Of a stretch of DNA of 64,000 nucleotides, positions 40,096 through 53,263 are shown piece by piece. The stretch's first letter is position 1, and each line of letters begins with the position of its first letter. The notes beneath the pieces are model-generated. The model was not told where the DNA came from, did not search any database, and worked only from the letters and a program-made list of their open reading frames with translations. This DNA is from Amoebophrya sp. A120 (taxonomy: Eukaryota; Protista; Dinoflagellata). Both the position numbers and the translations under genes were made by a program. The stretch lies in assembly GCA_905178155.1 (NCBI GenBank), contig CAJINV010000002.1, forward strand, positions 2,771,217 through 2,835,216. Reading direction: 5' to 3'.

Positions 40096-41803
40096 GATGA
40101 CAACACTAGCGTCCACGAACTGATGCTAGGCGGATAAAAGCAAGACTAGTACTGCCGAGCTTAGAGTAACAAGGCGGGTAGAAGAGCACGACTACTGCTC
40201 CAAGGGGAGTAGGCTTACCCGTCAGAGAACCTGAGCTACACTCTAGGTCCGACGAGCAACTACTACACTCTGCGAGGACACAGCTCACTTTATATGTACT
40301 AGTACGGATGATTTGATCTCGTGATGTTGATAGTAGAAATTGAAATTGCTGCAGTAGCAAATAGCTGTTGCGGTTGTGTCGATACTAAAGAAACAGCATG
40401 AAGACAGTATCAGCCTTATCCTTCCTGCGAGCTGAAAATAATATAACGAGAACAAGTGCCTAGCACAGCTGTAGATACACATTGCGTTTCTCTTTATATT
40501 TTTAGTCAGTTGCGAAAAATCCGAACGGATTACGGACAAGAAAGAGGACTGCTTCACTCGAAATCAATTTTTTTCTAAACGTAAAAAAATCATTCTTTCA
40601 CTACAGAAAAAAATACATAACGACAAAAACAATGAAGTTCAAAATCGAAAATGTGTATAGAGCCTTAGGAGACACGGCTTTGTTCTGCTCTTATGTGTGC
40701 CATTCTTTTGGTTTTTCGAGGATCTAAAAAATGACGAGGATCATCTGAAATGCACATAGATCAGGATCCGGAAATTTTTGGACCGCCACTCTGTGGGGCG
40801 GTGATTTTTTCTTTTCAACTTCCAGCTTGGTAATTCTTTGGAATCGCTTCTGGCACAAAATGATCTATCGGAATTGTTAGTGGTGCGATGCGGTAGTGAT
40901 TTTCTTGCTTTTTGCATTATGTATTTTCCATTTTCATTATTTTCTTTTTTGCGGCACAGGAAGAAGGATCTGGTGTTGTTTCAGAAGGATCTTTAGCAAA
41001 CCCAGTAGCATGCAAAAGCACAGAAGTACGAGTAAAGCACAGAAGTACTTACATCGAGTATAGGTTTAAGAGTCTTCAAAAGTGGTGCGCAATGCATAGA
41101 GTGCCAGTAGTAGTCTAGTGCAACATTTCCAATCATAAGTGATCAACAAGTTTCGTGCAGCATAAGTAGCATCTGTTTCATCATCTTGAGTTTTTCATCC
41201 ACATAGCGACAGTCAGTTTTCTTGTCCCGAGTAGTTCTTGTGTAGTTGTCAACAATTTTCATCTTCATCGACAACTTTCTCACGCTTTTGTCAACAATCT
41301 CGAAAACAGTTTTGACAGTTGAAAAGTGTTAAGTATTTGTCAAGAAATCTGTTTTAGAGAATAAATAGTTTAGAAGGACGACAAGAACAGCGTCGGGAAG
41401 TTTATTTCAAATTTAGTACCAGTAAACCAGTTTCGATTTCGACTCTTTTCTAGTTTCCAGTACACAGCTACATACCTCATCTGAATCTCGCCCGGATTTT
41501 TTCTATCGGGGCGGCAATTTTCACCGATTTTACTTCTTACAAGTTTCCAGCCTAGCCAAAAACTGTCCAGTATTTTTTACATCGTGTTTAGATTCGATAG
41601 TATGTAGAAGTTGTTCCCCTTTCCTACTTGAAAGATTGTTCCCCCGGAATTTTACGTAAGAAGCTCGGTATTTTTACTTCCGAGCATTCTAGTATAGTTT
41701 AGTGATAGATAAGATTAGAATTTCCATTTTTACACTTAACACCGCGCGTGGTGCGGTATAATTTTTACACCATTGTCGATTTTACAACATCAATCAAAAC
41801 ACA

Positions 41804-44800
41804 ATGACGACTGCTGTCACGCGAGAGCAGCAGGTCGCAAATATTACGAGGAAAAGTCCCCTCTCCCCATATCGAAAAGGTATGTTTCCGGAAATTTGTG
41901 TTGCTGATTTGAGACCTCAAATCACGTCTGTCTTGCAAGAAGGCAACTCCACAAGCTCCGCAGCATTGTGCAGGCGGTTTGTGATGCTAATGGGCCTACA
42001 GCGCGGACGTTTCTCATGCTAGACGCCTAGGCCAGAACCTCTCTACTTAGGCTTAGCATGGGGCTGCATTCCTCTCCAGCAAGACAAGTCTGATTTGTGT
42101 ACGCAAATCCTGCATCAGAAACTTCGTTTTGATATGGGGAAGGGGGATTTTTCCTTTTGATAGCAAAGGGCCTGGATAACAAGCGTGACCTGGATAACAA
42201 CAACGAGGATTCGGTTGACGGATCTCAAGACCAGGATATGACAGTGCACAACTCCCCCTCCCCCTCATTTGTATCGCATGAACGGCAACACACGCCTGAG
42301 CAAGAATGCCGGTTTTGCATGACAAATTTGCACTGGAGTATAGTGCTACTTAGGCAACCAGACCTTGTCATGCAAACAGTGCTAAGAGTCAAAGGGTGGA
42401 TTGGGTATTTTGCATGACAAATGAGGGGGAGGCGGGGGAGTTGTGCACTGTCATACAGGACAACAACCAGGAGGACCGCAGTCCGATTGTCTACGAGTAC
42501 GATGATTTTTCCTTCGATGAGGAGACGGGCTTGGGGCAGCCGAAAATTATCAAACCATACCGAAGTTGGAAAGACGCCTTGTTGTACGTCTTCACGCCGG
42601 CAAGAATCGTGCTGTTGGTTTTGCTGGTATAAAACAAGCTGCGTTCTTCTTCTTTTTCATCTTAACTTCTGGCTCGCTTTTGTTCAGCATGGTAGATGAC
42701 GGATTTTTCTGTGATGTCGATGTGCACAGGGCAGGTTTGTAAATGCAAAGAATCTACTCACTATAGTTGTTTGTCAATTTTTTAGCATGAAAAGAAAAAT
42801 CCTCTTCTTTCAACAGGTCATTGCCATCCCCGCCCTCCCCAAGTTCGACGACCTCCCCACCAGGCACATCCCTTACTTCCCCAAACGTGTTTTGGCCGAC
42901 TACAAGAAGAAGTCCTGGACACACATCGAGAAGGTCAAGTTTGCGCACAATGGGCTGTCCCCGAATCCAGATAAGGATGTGACCTTCGAGTGGACAGAAT
43001 ATGATGAAGCGAGCCAGCAGGAAGTAACAATCAAATGCGTCCCGAACGTGAACAACCGGGCGGGAATTTCGGTTGACGAAGAGCAAGGGAAAATCAACGA
43101 CAAATTCATGTCCATACGCCAGTTTTATGAATTGCAAAAGTATCGTACTCGTATGAATGCATTACAAATTTCCTCAGCATGAGAAGGAAAATTTGTAATA
43201 CTGAGGTACCTGCTTAAGGAAAAAATTTGTAATGCATGATTGCAATTAATACGAGTACGATACTTTTGCACAGGATAAGTTTGTGGTGTTAACCATGATC
43301 GTCTGGATGGTCGTTTTCATGGTGGAGGGGATTCCATATCAACTGCAAATATGTCTGGGTCTGGAAGATTGCAACTTGTCATGCTAAATCTGAGTCAGGC
43401 ACTAAACTGTGTTGCATGATTGCCAAATGTGGCCCACTTTTGACCTAATCGAGAGGCAGTTTCTCATGCAGGATAGGCATTAGAAAGACCTCACAGAATC
43501 TGGCATGCTATGTCCTACATACCAGACCTCATGGGTCATGGAGAATCTGCATGACAAGTCTGGCACTCTTCCAGGAGACCCAGACATATTTGCAATGCAT
43601 ATTCCGCCGGAACTCGCGATTTTCACGGTGATCCTCTTCAGCTACTTCTTCTCCATGATCAGCTATGAAATCCCGTTGAGCGATTACTGCAGCAACGCGA
43701 AGCCAAGTCAAACTTTAACCGTGGAACCATTGCTATTGCTAGAACAAGTCTCGCAAATCTACACGGGATTGTCCTCCAAAAACACGCTACTTTACGCGGG
43801 GATGTTCGTCCTCTCCGCGGCGTTTACAGAAACAAAGATTTTGGAAAAGCTCTTAGGTTCGATCATCGGTAGTCCCACCAGCCATTTCGGGATTATCGGG
43901 AGACTCATGGTTCCGGCGATGGTGTTGTCTTCCGTCTGCCCAAATGGACCGGTCACGCAGATGTGCATGCCGTTGGTGGTCGCGGTGACCGATAAAACAG
44001 GCTTGTACACCCCAAGAGTCTACTACCTCGCATTGGCGTTCATGGTTACGCTTGGCGGGAACTTGACGTTGATCGGCTCCACGCCGTGTATCTACGCGTT
44101 AAATGCTTTCAAACTGAAAAAAGACGGGAGGGAAACGCTGCAAACGCAGCAGTGCCGGGAGACACTGATGGCAGCGCACAACTGGAGAAAGCTGGACGAT
44201 GCAGATGGCAATCCGGTGAATTACAAGATCCGGGATGTCTGGAACGATCGGGAACGAGTGCCGGAACCAGGGTATAGAATTTATTTTCAGGGTATGAAGT
44301 TGGTTTTGCATCACAGAATATTTATTCTCGCATTTATTTTCGGAGGTTCGTGTTGGTGTTCGTTGTTGTTGTTCTGCATTGCAGCGCCCGAGTCGGTCGT
44401 GCATGTTCTCCAAGAGGAATTGATTCCAGATGCTGCATGATAACAAACAGAATGCGTGAAAAAACAAGAATAACCCAATTGTACATTATCAGTTTCGAAT
44501 TCATTGGCGAGAGCGCTCACTACGAAGAATTAGTTGCGAAGCAGTGCTCCTTCTCCACCATCGACGGCGGGTTTTTAATTCTCGCTTTGCTCGTCGCCGT
44601 CGCGTGCATCCCGACGGTCCGGTTCTGCATCCACGTCTTTGCGAAAGATGAGGACATCGCGAAGGAAAAGCAGAGACAACTGGAATTGGAAGACGGTTCT
44701 GCAGCTTCATCAGAAGGTGAGCATGATGCAGCTCTATCAAGTAAAGACCTTGTCGAGCACAAAATCGCGGAAGATCGCGCCTACGGAGCGGAAGATGAGG

Positions 44801-47337
44801 AGAGGAGAACATCGGTGCAACTATGAAATTCAAAAATGTCTGGGTCTGGAAACTTGTGATGGTAAAATGTGCATGATGAAAACACTTCCGAATGCAGTCC
44901 GGCATGACAACTTCCCAAAACGCTTTCTCATAGGCAATCCCTAATATGAGAAACTGCGTTCTTTTTGATTGACAAAAGAGGCTGCGACTTTTGTTGGTTA
45001 TGCAATACAGATTTTCTAGGTATGGAAAGCTAGCATTACAAGTTCCAACCTTGTTCCAGACCCAGAGATTTTTGCATTTGATAGTAACTAGGGTTAGACG
45101 ATCTGAAAGCGAGAGAAACGGCGGTGGCGTTTAAGTTCACGGAAGGGAACGAAGTTGTGGAGGATGAAGTTTTCGGTGAGGGCGAAAATAATAACACCGC
45201 AATAAACAAGGAGCAACAGCCCTTACTCGACCTGGAAAGCGGCGAGAGAGCCGCACCAGACACCAGCATGAGAAACCGATCCAAATCCGTGAAGATCGTC
45301 CCGGAGCATTTGACCCGACGGGGGACGACCTATGAACTGCAAAAGTATCGTACTAGTAGTAATTGCAATACAAATTAGCTCAGCATGACAAATGGAATTT
45401 GTCATGCTGTTTTGCCTTGGGATGGAGATTTGTAATGCATAACCGCGATTACTACGAGTACGATACTTTTGCACTGCATACGACCACCGGAGAGGCAATT
45501 TCGAAGTACCAGAACGGGAATGTATCGGTGATTCCCACGAAACCAGTGCTCGACACGAGACACGCGGTTTACGATGTGGAATTTAAAGTGACGAAGGACT
45601 GCAAGGCATTATTGGGGACGACTTTGGAAGAATCCGCGCTGTATCGGATGAAAGACGTGGAGATTTATTTACACGTCGCCGCCGGGACAAAAAAGCCGGC
45701 GTTCGCAACGCGGGCGGAAGAGGTATACTAGATTTTTTTGAGAAAAATTTCCCTTATTTGCGGATGGTCGGTGTAGGTCTACTGGATAATGAATTACTTA
45801 TGTCCTTCTCATATGTATCGTCCCGTAGCTGTGTGATTATGTGCTGGCACATTTTTCTTGCAGCTTCTCCGTGGCGCGGCGGTTCTTGCAACGCAAAGTC
45901 CAATATGATTTTTTATCAAAAAAAAATCCTCAACCACCAATCAAAAATCCCAGCTTCCCGAAATGGGCGCCCTGTCCGTTTATTACGAAGAAGATGGAAC
46001 AACGGCCGCGCCCGTTGCACCAGCGGCATCCTCAACGCCAGCAAAGCCCGCATCCTCCTCATCATCGAAAGCCAGAAATAACGACGATAATTCCCCCCTT
46101 TTGATGAAGGACCCGTCTGAAATTTTCCTTCAGCCCAACTGCGTGTTAGGTATCCGCGCCCAGGCGTCGACCATCGGGAAGTTGCAGAGACAGTTCCTGG
46201 GATTAACCCCCAACGCGGACTACTACGAGTTGTTAGGAAGATCGAGGAAAACGAGACAGATGTACGAGATGGTCTTATCCGAGAAATATTTGAAAAAACT
46301 CTCCACGAAAAAATTCTTTCTGGAACACGACGCGGTGATTCTCGGCGTCGACGAGGTGAACGGGTTTGTGTTAGTAGAAGGCTTCCAGGTCTTCGGGCAG
46401 CTCGCGCAGAAGGGGGGCCGGTTCCCCGAGGTAAAAATGGTGTCTGCGGTGATCGGTTCTAGCCCACCGAGGGCAGTGTCAACTTTTGACACGATCCGCG
46501 GTTTTGTCGCGTTCATCGGGTTTTTGATCGTCATTGGGATTACCGCGATACCGGAACTGAAAATCGGAAATTTCAAGCTGGACGACCAGTTCGCGACACT
46601 GATCATCGGGTTGGGAGTGGTAGTGATATCATGCATTTTACAAATCTTTATTTCCGCATTGATGCATCAATAAAAGAACTTCATTTCGATTTCTAAAGCT
46701 CGTCCGGAGATTTTTTGTCAAAACTTTATTTTTGCTCCGGATTATTATATGGGCAAGGGCATGAAAATGAAATAAGTACAAACCCTTAAATTAAACTTTA
46801 CCACAGCTCCTCGTCGCCCTCCGTTGCATCACCTGGAAGCAGGCGATCGGGTCCATGAACGCCGGCGTGTTACTCCTCTTCGCCTTTGCGGACGCGCTAC
46901 AAGTGATCATGGCCAACAGCAAAACGAGTGAATTCCTCGCGCAGATGATCGATAAAGTCACGGCTGGGAACAAAGCGCTGATCGTCTTTTTCACGGGGAT
47001 TGTCGTGTCCGTTTTGACCCAATTCCTCAACAACGCGACCTGCACGCAAATGCTGTGGGACAGCACCTTAAACCTCTGCTACCGATCCGGAATCCCGTTT
47101 AAACCAATGATTTGCCTCCTGGCGCAAACCTCCGGCTTCGCGTTCTGCACGCCAATCGGGATGCCGCCGACATTATTGGTGAAAGTCCCGGGAAACTACG
47201 AGTTTGGGGACTATCTGCGCGCCGGGTGGTTGACGCAGGTCGTGGCGACGTTTTTGACGTGTCTGCTGGTGTCCGTGTGGGTTGCTTATGACACCGGGGA
47301 CGTGGAGGAAAATGTGAAATTCTTGTTCTCCTGGTAA
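41804..47337 (+). CDS. SLC13/DASS-type sodium:anion (sulfate/citrate) transporter
   Basis: IPPELA; LGGNLTLIGSTP; LTQFLNNAT; FAFCTPIGMPPTLLVKVPGNYEFGDYLRAG; 6 elements plus introns 42627-42816, 44272-44492, 45723-45953, ~46626-46806. Confidence 0.88.
41842..42162. mobile_element. Family D intronic element
   Basis: Repeat gcaaa/gcaaa. Confidence 0.88.
42237..42455. mobile_element. Family B intronic element
   Basis: Repeat cagga/cagga. Confidence 0.9.
43126..43277. mobile_element. Family C intronic element
   Basis: Repeat agttt/agttt. Confidence 0.9.
43337..43601. mobile_element. Family A intronic element
   Basis: Repeat ttcca/ttccg; removal gives EGIPPELA. Confidence 0.88.
44822..45083. mobile_element. 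Family A intronic element
   Basis: Repeat gcaac/gtaac. Confidence 0.87.
45331..45480. mobile_element. Family C intronic element
   Basis: Repeat cgacc/cgacc. Confidence 0.9.
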
Positions 47338-49045
47338 TCTTCGAAGTAGGACGACAAGGAAGGAGAAGCAAGAATCACAACTGTTAAGAGTTTCCATTTC
47401 GCGAGTAGAAACGAAATATTGCGATTAAAATGTATGAAGCACGACCAAATCGCTTCAGATCAGTTGAGTTCTACGCGAGATGTTGACAACATCTAATGAA
47501 CAACAGCGACCGATGAAAATGTTTTATCTCCAGTGGGACTCAGTATATGAGATGACCACAGCTTCAGCTGTTCATCGCTAAAAGTAGAGTAGTTCCACTC
47601 ACACCAAAGTTTGTTTTGTACTGCTTCCGTTTCAAAAATGTCACACTATTTGTTCATCAACACTTTTAGAAAACGCAACGCAGCGCCCACACCAATATTA
47701 TTGATTACCACCAAGTAGAAAAACATACACAACGAACACCCATTTGCCGAGTGGCTCAATTGGAGCAATTTTCATTTTTCAAACAGCAGCTTCGCGCAGA
47801 GCCAGAGCCTAGGCGAGGCCACTTGAAGAAATTGAAAGTTAACCTTAAGCACCTGTTACACACAAGAATTTCAATAAGCACCGAAGTAGTACTTACTTAG
47901 AACCGAAAGCAGTGCTTCTGTTGGCGACGCTTAACTTGATGCTACTCCGTGCTGTTTCTTCTTCATCATCAGGTTGGCTCGAAAAACAGAAGCTCATCTG
48001 ACGATTTGAGAAAGTAGTAAACTGATAAAGTGTACACGTTATGATTTCTAGTTCTACACTGGCGCCGAGGTCGCCCTCGCCGGCCACGCTGAGTAAACTT
48101 GTAAGACGCAAGAAGTAAAAGTAGTTTACTCTCACACCATTTCCATCAGGTACGACGAAGTTTTTTCCTATCAATTCAGATTGTCGACAGGAGGATTTTG
48201 GACCAATGGTTCCATGAAAAAATCAAGCGGAGGAGGAAATAACTCGAGAAACTTTTTTCTACACAAAATTTCAAGGAAAAGTTGTTTGAAGAAAATCCAA
48301 TGAATCTGTTTGAGTAGAAGTTTTTTTATGCTGCCACATTGCGCGCCCGCCGCCATGGCAGACAACTTGTTCTCTGGCACCGCATTAATTCTCAAAAATG
48401 TGCGGAGTAAGTGGTCCTCGTCCTTTATTCGGGACGATTGGCGTAGTCTGTGCAGAATTTGAATTTCGGTTTCAACCCATTACTACGGATGTACTTAGTT
48501 CGTCATCAGAAGGAGTTACCGTATGGTCGTTCTTCGTTCGTCATCGTCTTCATCGTTCAGCTGTGGTTATAATTTCCCATGATGTATGATGAGAAGACCA
48601 AAAACGATTTCTCCACCCGATATCTATGATGATACTCGTGCAACGACCACACCTGCAGCTCGCGAGAAATTCGCTTGCTCTTCATACTCACTGAAGTAGA
48701 TAGATTGATAGGATGAAATTCTACAAGCCTTTAATACGATTTCGTTGAATGTGTCCTCGTCCACGTTCTCGTTCGTCTTTGTTCGTCCCCAACGTACTTC
48801 TACCCTGTGCCGTCGTGAGTTTAGGGTTAGCTGCTACGTGAAGACCACGTCCTGTTAGTTTTATTCGTTGACCGACGAAATACCAGGTTTCAATTCGTTC
48901 CCTCCCCCCTGAAAAACAAAGTAAGATATTTTAGCGTCATGATCGTAAGTACCGACGGACCCATTTTTGCAAATCCATAAAGTTGGGCAGCTTTGCGTTG
49001 ATTCACCGATTCTTGTGGTTGTAGTTAGACGTCGAATACTAGTAG

Positions 49046-51742
49046 ATGAAAGCTTGCAAGAACATGGTAAATCGCCTCGGTACAACTACTTCTAAAGTGG
49101 TTCTTCGAGCTGGTGTTGGGGTCGTCGTAATTCTCTTCCATTTGTTGGCCCCCGGTGAAGATCACCTGCTCTTCACTCCGGTCTCCGCTCTGAATCCCTA
49201 CTGCCCGACCTGCGCGCCCTACAACCTCGTGTGGATTGTAGATTACGATGGTACGGGGAAAAAGACGAATGGCACCGCGTGGGTCGACACACGGTTGGAC
49301 GCAGACAATGCCCCCGGCTTATCAAATGCAAAGATGTCTGGGTCTGGAACCTTGTAATGCTGAGCCGTGAATAGTAATTTCTCTGTAATGCACAGCCAAG
49401 CATGAGAAATATTCGCGCGGCTTAGAAGTGTTGTGCCTTCCGCATGACAAACTGCGTTTGTTCCGTGACAAGTCAGAGGGTCATCTCTTCTTGGACACGC
49501 ATCACAAACTCTTCAGTCATGCCAGACAAGCATGACAAACCTTGCATCCTTCCTGACCCAGAGAAACATATTTGCAATCCATACGGCTTGGGAGATCCCG
49601 ACATCGACCCGGAGGAAGCCATATGCAATGCAAAAGCATCGTACTAGTATAAATTGCATTACAAATTTTCTCAGCATGAGAAATAAAATTTGTAATGCGG
49701 ATTTACCTTAAGCAAAGGAAAAGTAATGCATATTTGCAATGACTACGAGTGCGATACTTTTGCAGTTCATAAGCCACCCGGTTGTTAAGCGACGAGTGCG
49801 TGAAAAGCGGGTGTCACGCGGTGATGCGGTGGTTGCACCCAGGCGGGGTTTCTTACCATGCGAGGGAACACATGTGGTGGAAGACTGAAGACCCCAACTG
49901 GGGAGGCCCGAAAGAGAGGCTCTATCCCATTTATTCCACGGATGAGACTTGGTTGAACGACTTCGCCCCACCGGGATGGAACACAGGTCTTGAGGACAAG
50001 TGGGACAAAACCATCGCTCCAGCTATAAAAGAACAAGCGACGAGTGCTTCTAGCACAACTAGTAGCAACAAGAAAACCATCCTCTCGCTTCGCTGCAAGG
50101 CCCGGCCCTGCCTGCTGCGCCACCGAGGGAAAGGGTGGCGGGAGTACTCCGAGACGGGGTTGTGTGGGGAAGAAGGCGAAAAGAAACAGGGGTTCCTGGC
50201 GAAACATGCTGATTGGGGCGGGGATTGCCGTGCGAACGCCTGCTGTAGTGTGAAAAATATAGACACAAACTGGTGGAATCGATTGTATAAAAACGCGTAT
50301 GAGTGTGAGGAAAGCAATGGCTCGAATACCGAAGGCTCAAACAGACACCAATTACGTCGCGTGTCGGAAACAGAGTATGTGTCCTCCGACAAGATTACCC
50401 AGATCGCCACACTATCCACCGCGACATTATATATTGATCTGGGTCTTCCTCTTCACTGGAAAAGTGCAGAAGTTTAGTGTCATGCGGATATTTTTTGTAT
50501 GGCTGTGGCCTGCAGCTCCACCTGTAGCTAGGGTACTAGTGCCGTAGCGTCAAAGTCTGGAATGTATTGCAGGGTTGTAGTACGACCTTAGCGTCACAGA
50601 CACCTTCTGTGAAAGCTTTGTTGCATTGTGTCCAACGACTGCTCTGCATGAAGAGAAAATGTAATCCGCTCTAGTAAGGGTAAGTAGTAGTTGCCAACGA
50701 AAACGAACCAGCGTGTTGCTATTCGTGCATGACAGATTTTGTTGTAAAGGGCCGGGTGGACGACCATCACAAGATTCCATCCTTATTCCAGACCTGGATC
50801 GATATTTGCACTGCATACGCCAAAACCTCAACACTTACCCGCGAGGCCGACGTCGAGCTTTCGTCGCCGCGTCGGGCGCCCCCGACAAATTCTGGAAGAA
50901 GCGACAACCGGGAGGAACCGACGGAAGAAAACGACGGAGATGCCTTGCAAGGGGGGAGTGCAGATGGATCATCTTCCGACCTAAAGCAGGACAGCACGAA
51001 TCCTGCGCAGTACCGCGACGGCGACCTCGAAAGCGCAGAGACGAGCCGGGACCTCGAGTCCTGCAGTTGCGAGGAGGAAGAGGTAGCGGTGGCAGATGTT
51101 GGCACTGTTCCTGCTTTTTTGGAAACACAAACATCTTCAAAACTACCGCAAATTTCCTCGTCTTCGGCCGGGACGAGTGTAGGTGGACAAGATCATGAGG
51201 ATCATGTCATGGAAGATGAACTTGATCATGTCGTAGTTCCTGCTAGTACTAGAAGAGAACATGGGGCTGACGCCTCATCTACCCCTGGTCGTCCTGCCGG
51301 AAACGAAAAGATCCTCGAAGGGAGCAACAAACGGGCATCCTCGCGAAAAAATTCGTCCTGCCCACCTTGTCGTGGAAGTTTTGCCGAGATTAATGGTACA
51401 CCACGTCCTCGCGGTGAAATTCCAGAGCAGCTGCAGTCGGAGTTGCCGAAGAGTGTAGTTGACTTTACGCAGCTTCACGAGGTCGACGTGGACCAAGAAA
51501 GAAGAGCGGACGGAGATGATGGTGCTGGTGTTGCATCAAAGATGAACGACCCCGACGAGACCGATTCATCTTTGTTTCTCGACGTAGAAGATGACCAGCA
51601 AGAGCAGGAGCTGCACCAGCACTTCAGCAAAGGAACAACAACTTCCGCGGCGCTCCCTGTAGTGGATGATCCAAACAACCACGACAATGCTTCCGAAGCT
51701 GGTCAGGAAGCAGGTGCTGCAGCTTCAACAGTGATGGTTTAG
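49046..51742 (+). CDS. Cys-rich, putatively secreted protein, CPxCAPYN family paralog 1; 3 elements
   Basis: Hydrophobic N-terminus; YCPTCAPYN; GCHAVMR; WGGPK; ILSLRCKARPC; CRANACC. Confidence 0.78.
49320..49583. mobile_element. Family A intronic element
   Basis: Repeat cggct/cggct. Confidence 0.88.
49622..49771. mobile_element. Family C intronic element
   Basis: Repeat agcca/agcca; removal gives EEATRLLSDEC. Confidence 0.9.
50410..50817. mobile_element. Degenerate family A-like intronic element; left boundary uncertain (50410 or 50413)
   Basis: Remnant ctgggtct / ccagacctgg...tttgcactgcata; cgcca repeat; frame restored either way. Confidence 0.6.
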
Positions 51743-52808
51743 AACCTTCCGTGACGGGAAGCAGAAGAACCTTAAAATAAAAATGTACTGTACGTGAGAA
51801 GAGGCGGTGGATACAATACATCAAGTAAGACGATGGAACAATAATAAAGTTGTACTTGTTTTAGTTTTTACCCTGCACGTTCAAATAAAGCAAACGCCTA
51901 CCTGGCAGTTTGACAAGAACCTTTTGAGCTCTCACTTCCCAAGTAACAACTACCGTTGTTTCAACGAGCACGAAGCATTTTTACTACTTCGTGTGAGAAT
52001 ACTGTACGCCATAAACCTAGAGTAGCTACTTCGTGTGAGAAGTGGATGAATGTAAGTGCTTACTACTCTTGTTGTTCTGTAGCACACACTGCACTTTCGT
52101 ATTCCTACCGAAGTACCAAACTCTCATTCGTGCATTCGTTTTCGTCGTCGTCCTAACTCTCCTTCGTGCACTCTGAAGTCGTCCTTCGTACAAGTCTGAA
52201 GCAAGCAACAGTGGTACTTCATGAAGAATTTTCGTCCCTCTATGTTGAGTCTGAGTTATAATTCCACTTTTCTCTTTACTCTTTTGGCTTCATGCAGCAA
52301 AAACGACTGCCACGAGCTGTCACTCTTTTTCTAGTTGTGCCAAATAAAGTCAATACGTTATTCACCAGGTCCATCAGCTAGTCCCGTTTCTTATTTTTGC
52401 GTTCTCAATCTTTTTGTTTTTCTTTTTCCAGCACTTATGCGAGTAAGAGCAACGTCATAGCAGGTGTAGGTTTTAGTACCTTTGTGACATCAATCAACTA
52501 CGGGAGCACGATTTTTCTTCCATCATGGTTCTTTCATCTGGTTCTGGTTTCATCCGTGTGTTGAAGGTCTCTGCCGCACCGGGCCGCCATCGCGGAAGAC
52601 TACTTGTAACGCTGCTATTGGGCGGCGGAGCCGGGGGCCCATTGAAGATGTTTTTTTTCGCGACATTATTATTCCGAACTGTATCCGCCGAGGGGACGAA
52701 AGCGAATCTATATTGTCCCGATTGCGCTCCCTCGTCTAACGAGCAACCCGACGAGACCACGCAAGTGGCGTGTTGCGCCATGAAATGAAAACTTCTGCGG
52801 GTATTGCA

Positions 52809-53218
52809 GGAGGCGAAACTACTACGACTTGCGAGAAGAAGAACATCTGCACTTGCGCGCACGGTACCGCAGCAATGGATGGGGCTTGCACCGCTGACGG
52901 AGCGGAAATTTGTGCGCAGTGCGACAGCGGCTTCGAGCTGAAAACAGGAGGCGAGAGCACTACGACTTGCGAGAAGAAGAACATCTGCACTTGCGCGCAC
53001 GGTACCGCAGCAATGGATGGGGCTTGCACCGCTGACGGAGCGGAAATTTGTGCGCAGTGCGACAGCGGCTTCGAGCTGAAAACAGGAGGCGAGAGCACTA
53101 CGACTTGCGAGAAGAAGAACATCTGCACTTGCGCGCACGGTACCGCAGCAATGGATGGGGCTTGCACCGCTGACGGAGCGGAAATTTGTGCGCAGTGCGA
53201 CAGCGGCTTCGAGCTGAA
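52809..53218 (+). repeat. 3 x 138-bp near-identical coding tandem repeat (46-aa Cys-rich EGF-like unit)
   Basis: Units start 52809, 52947, 53085: GGESTTTCEKKNICTCAHGTAAMDGACTADGAEICAQCDSGFELKT. Confidence 0.95.
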
Positions 53219-53263
53219 GGCTACAACCGGGGAGAAGATTTGTGCCGAGCTAGGCAACAGCGA

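Noticed and set aside
48819-48830. tttagggttag here and tttaggagttagggtt near 55129, telomere-like
   Set aside because: Under two units; more likely shared upstream sequence of duplicated paralogs.
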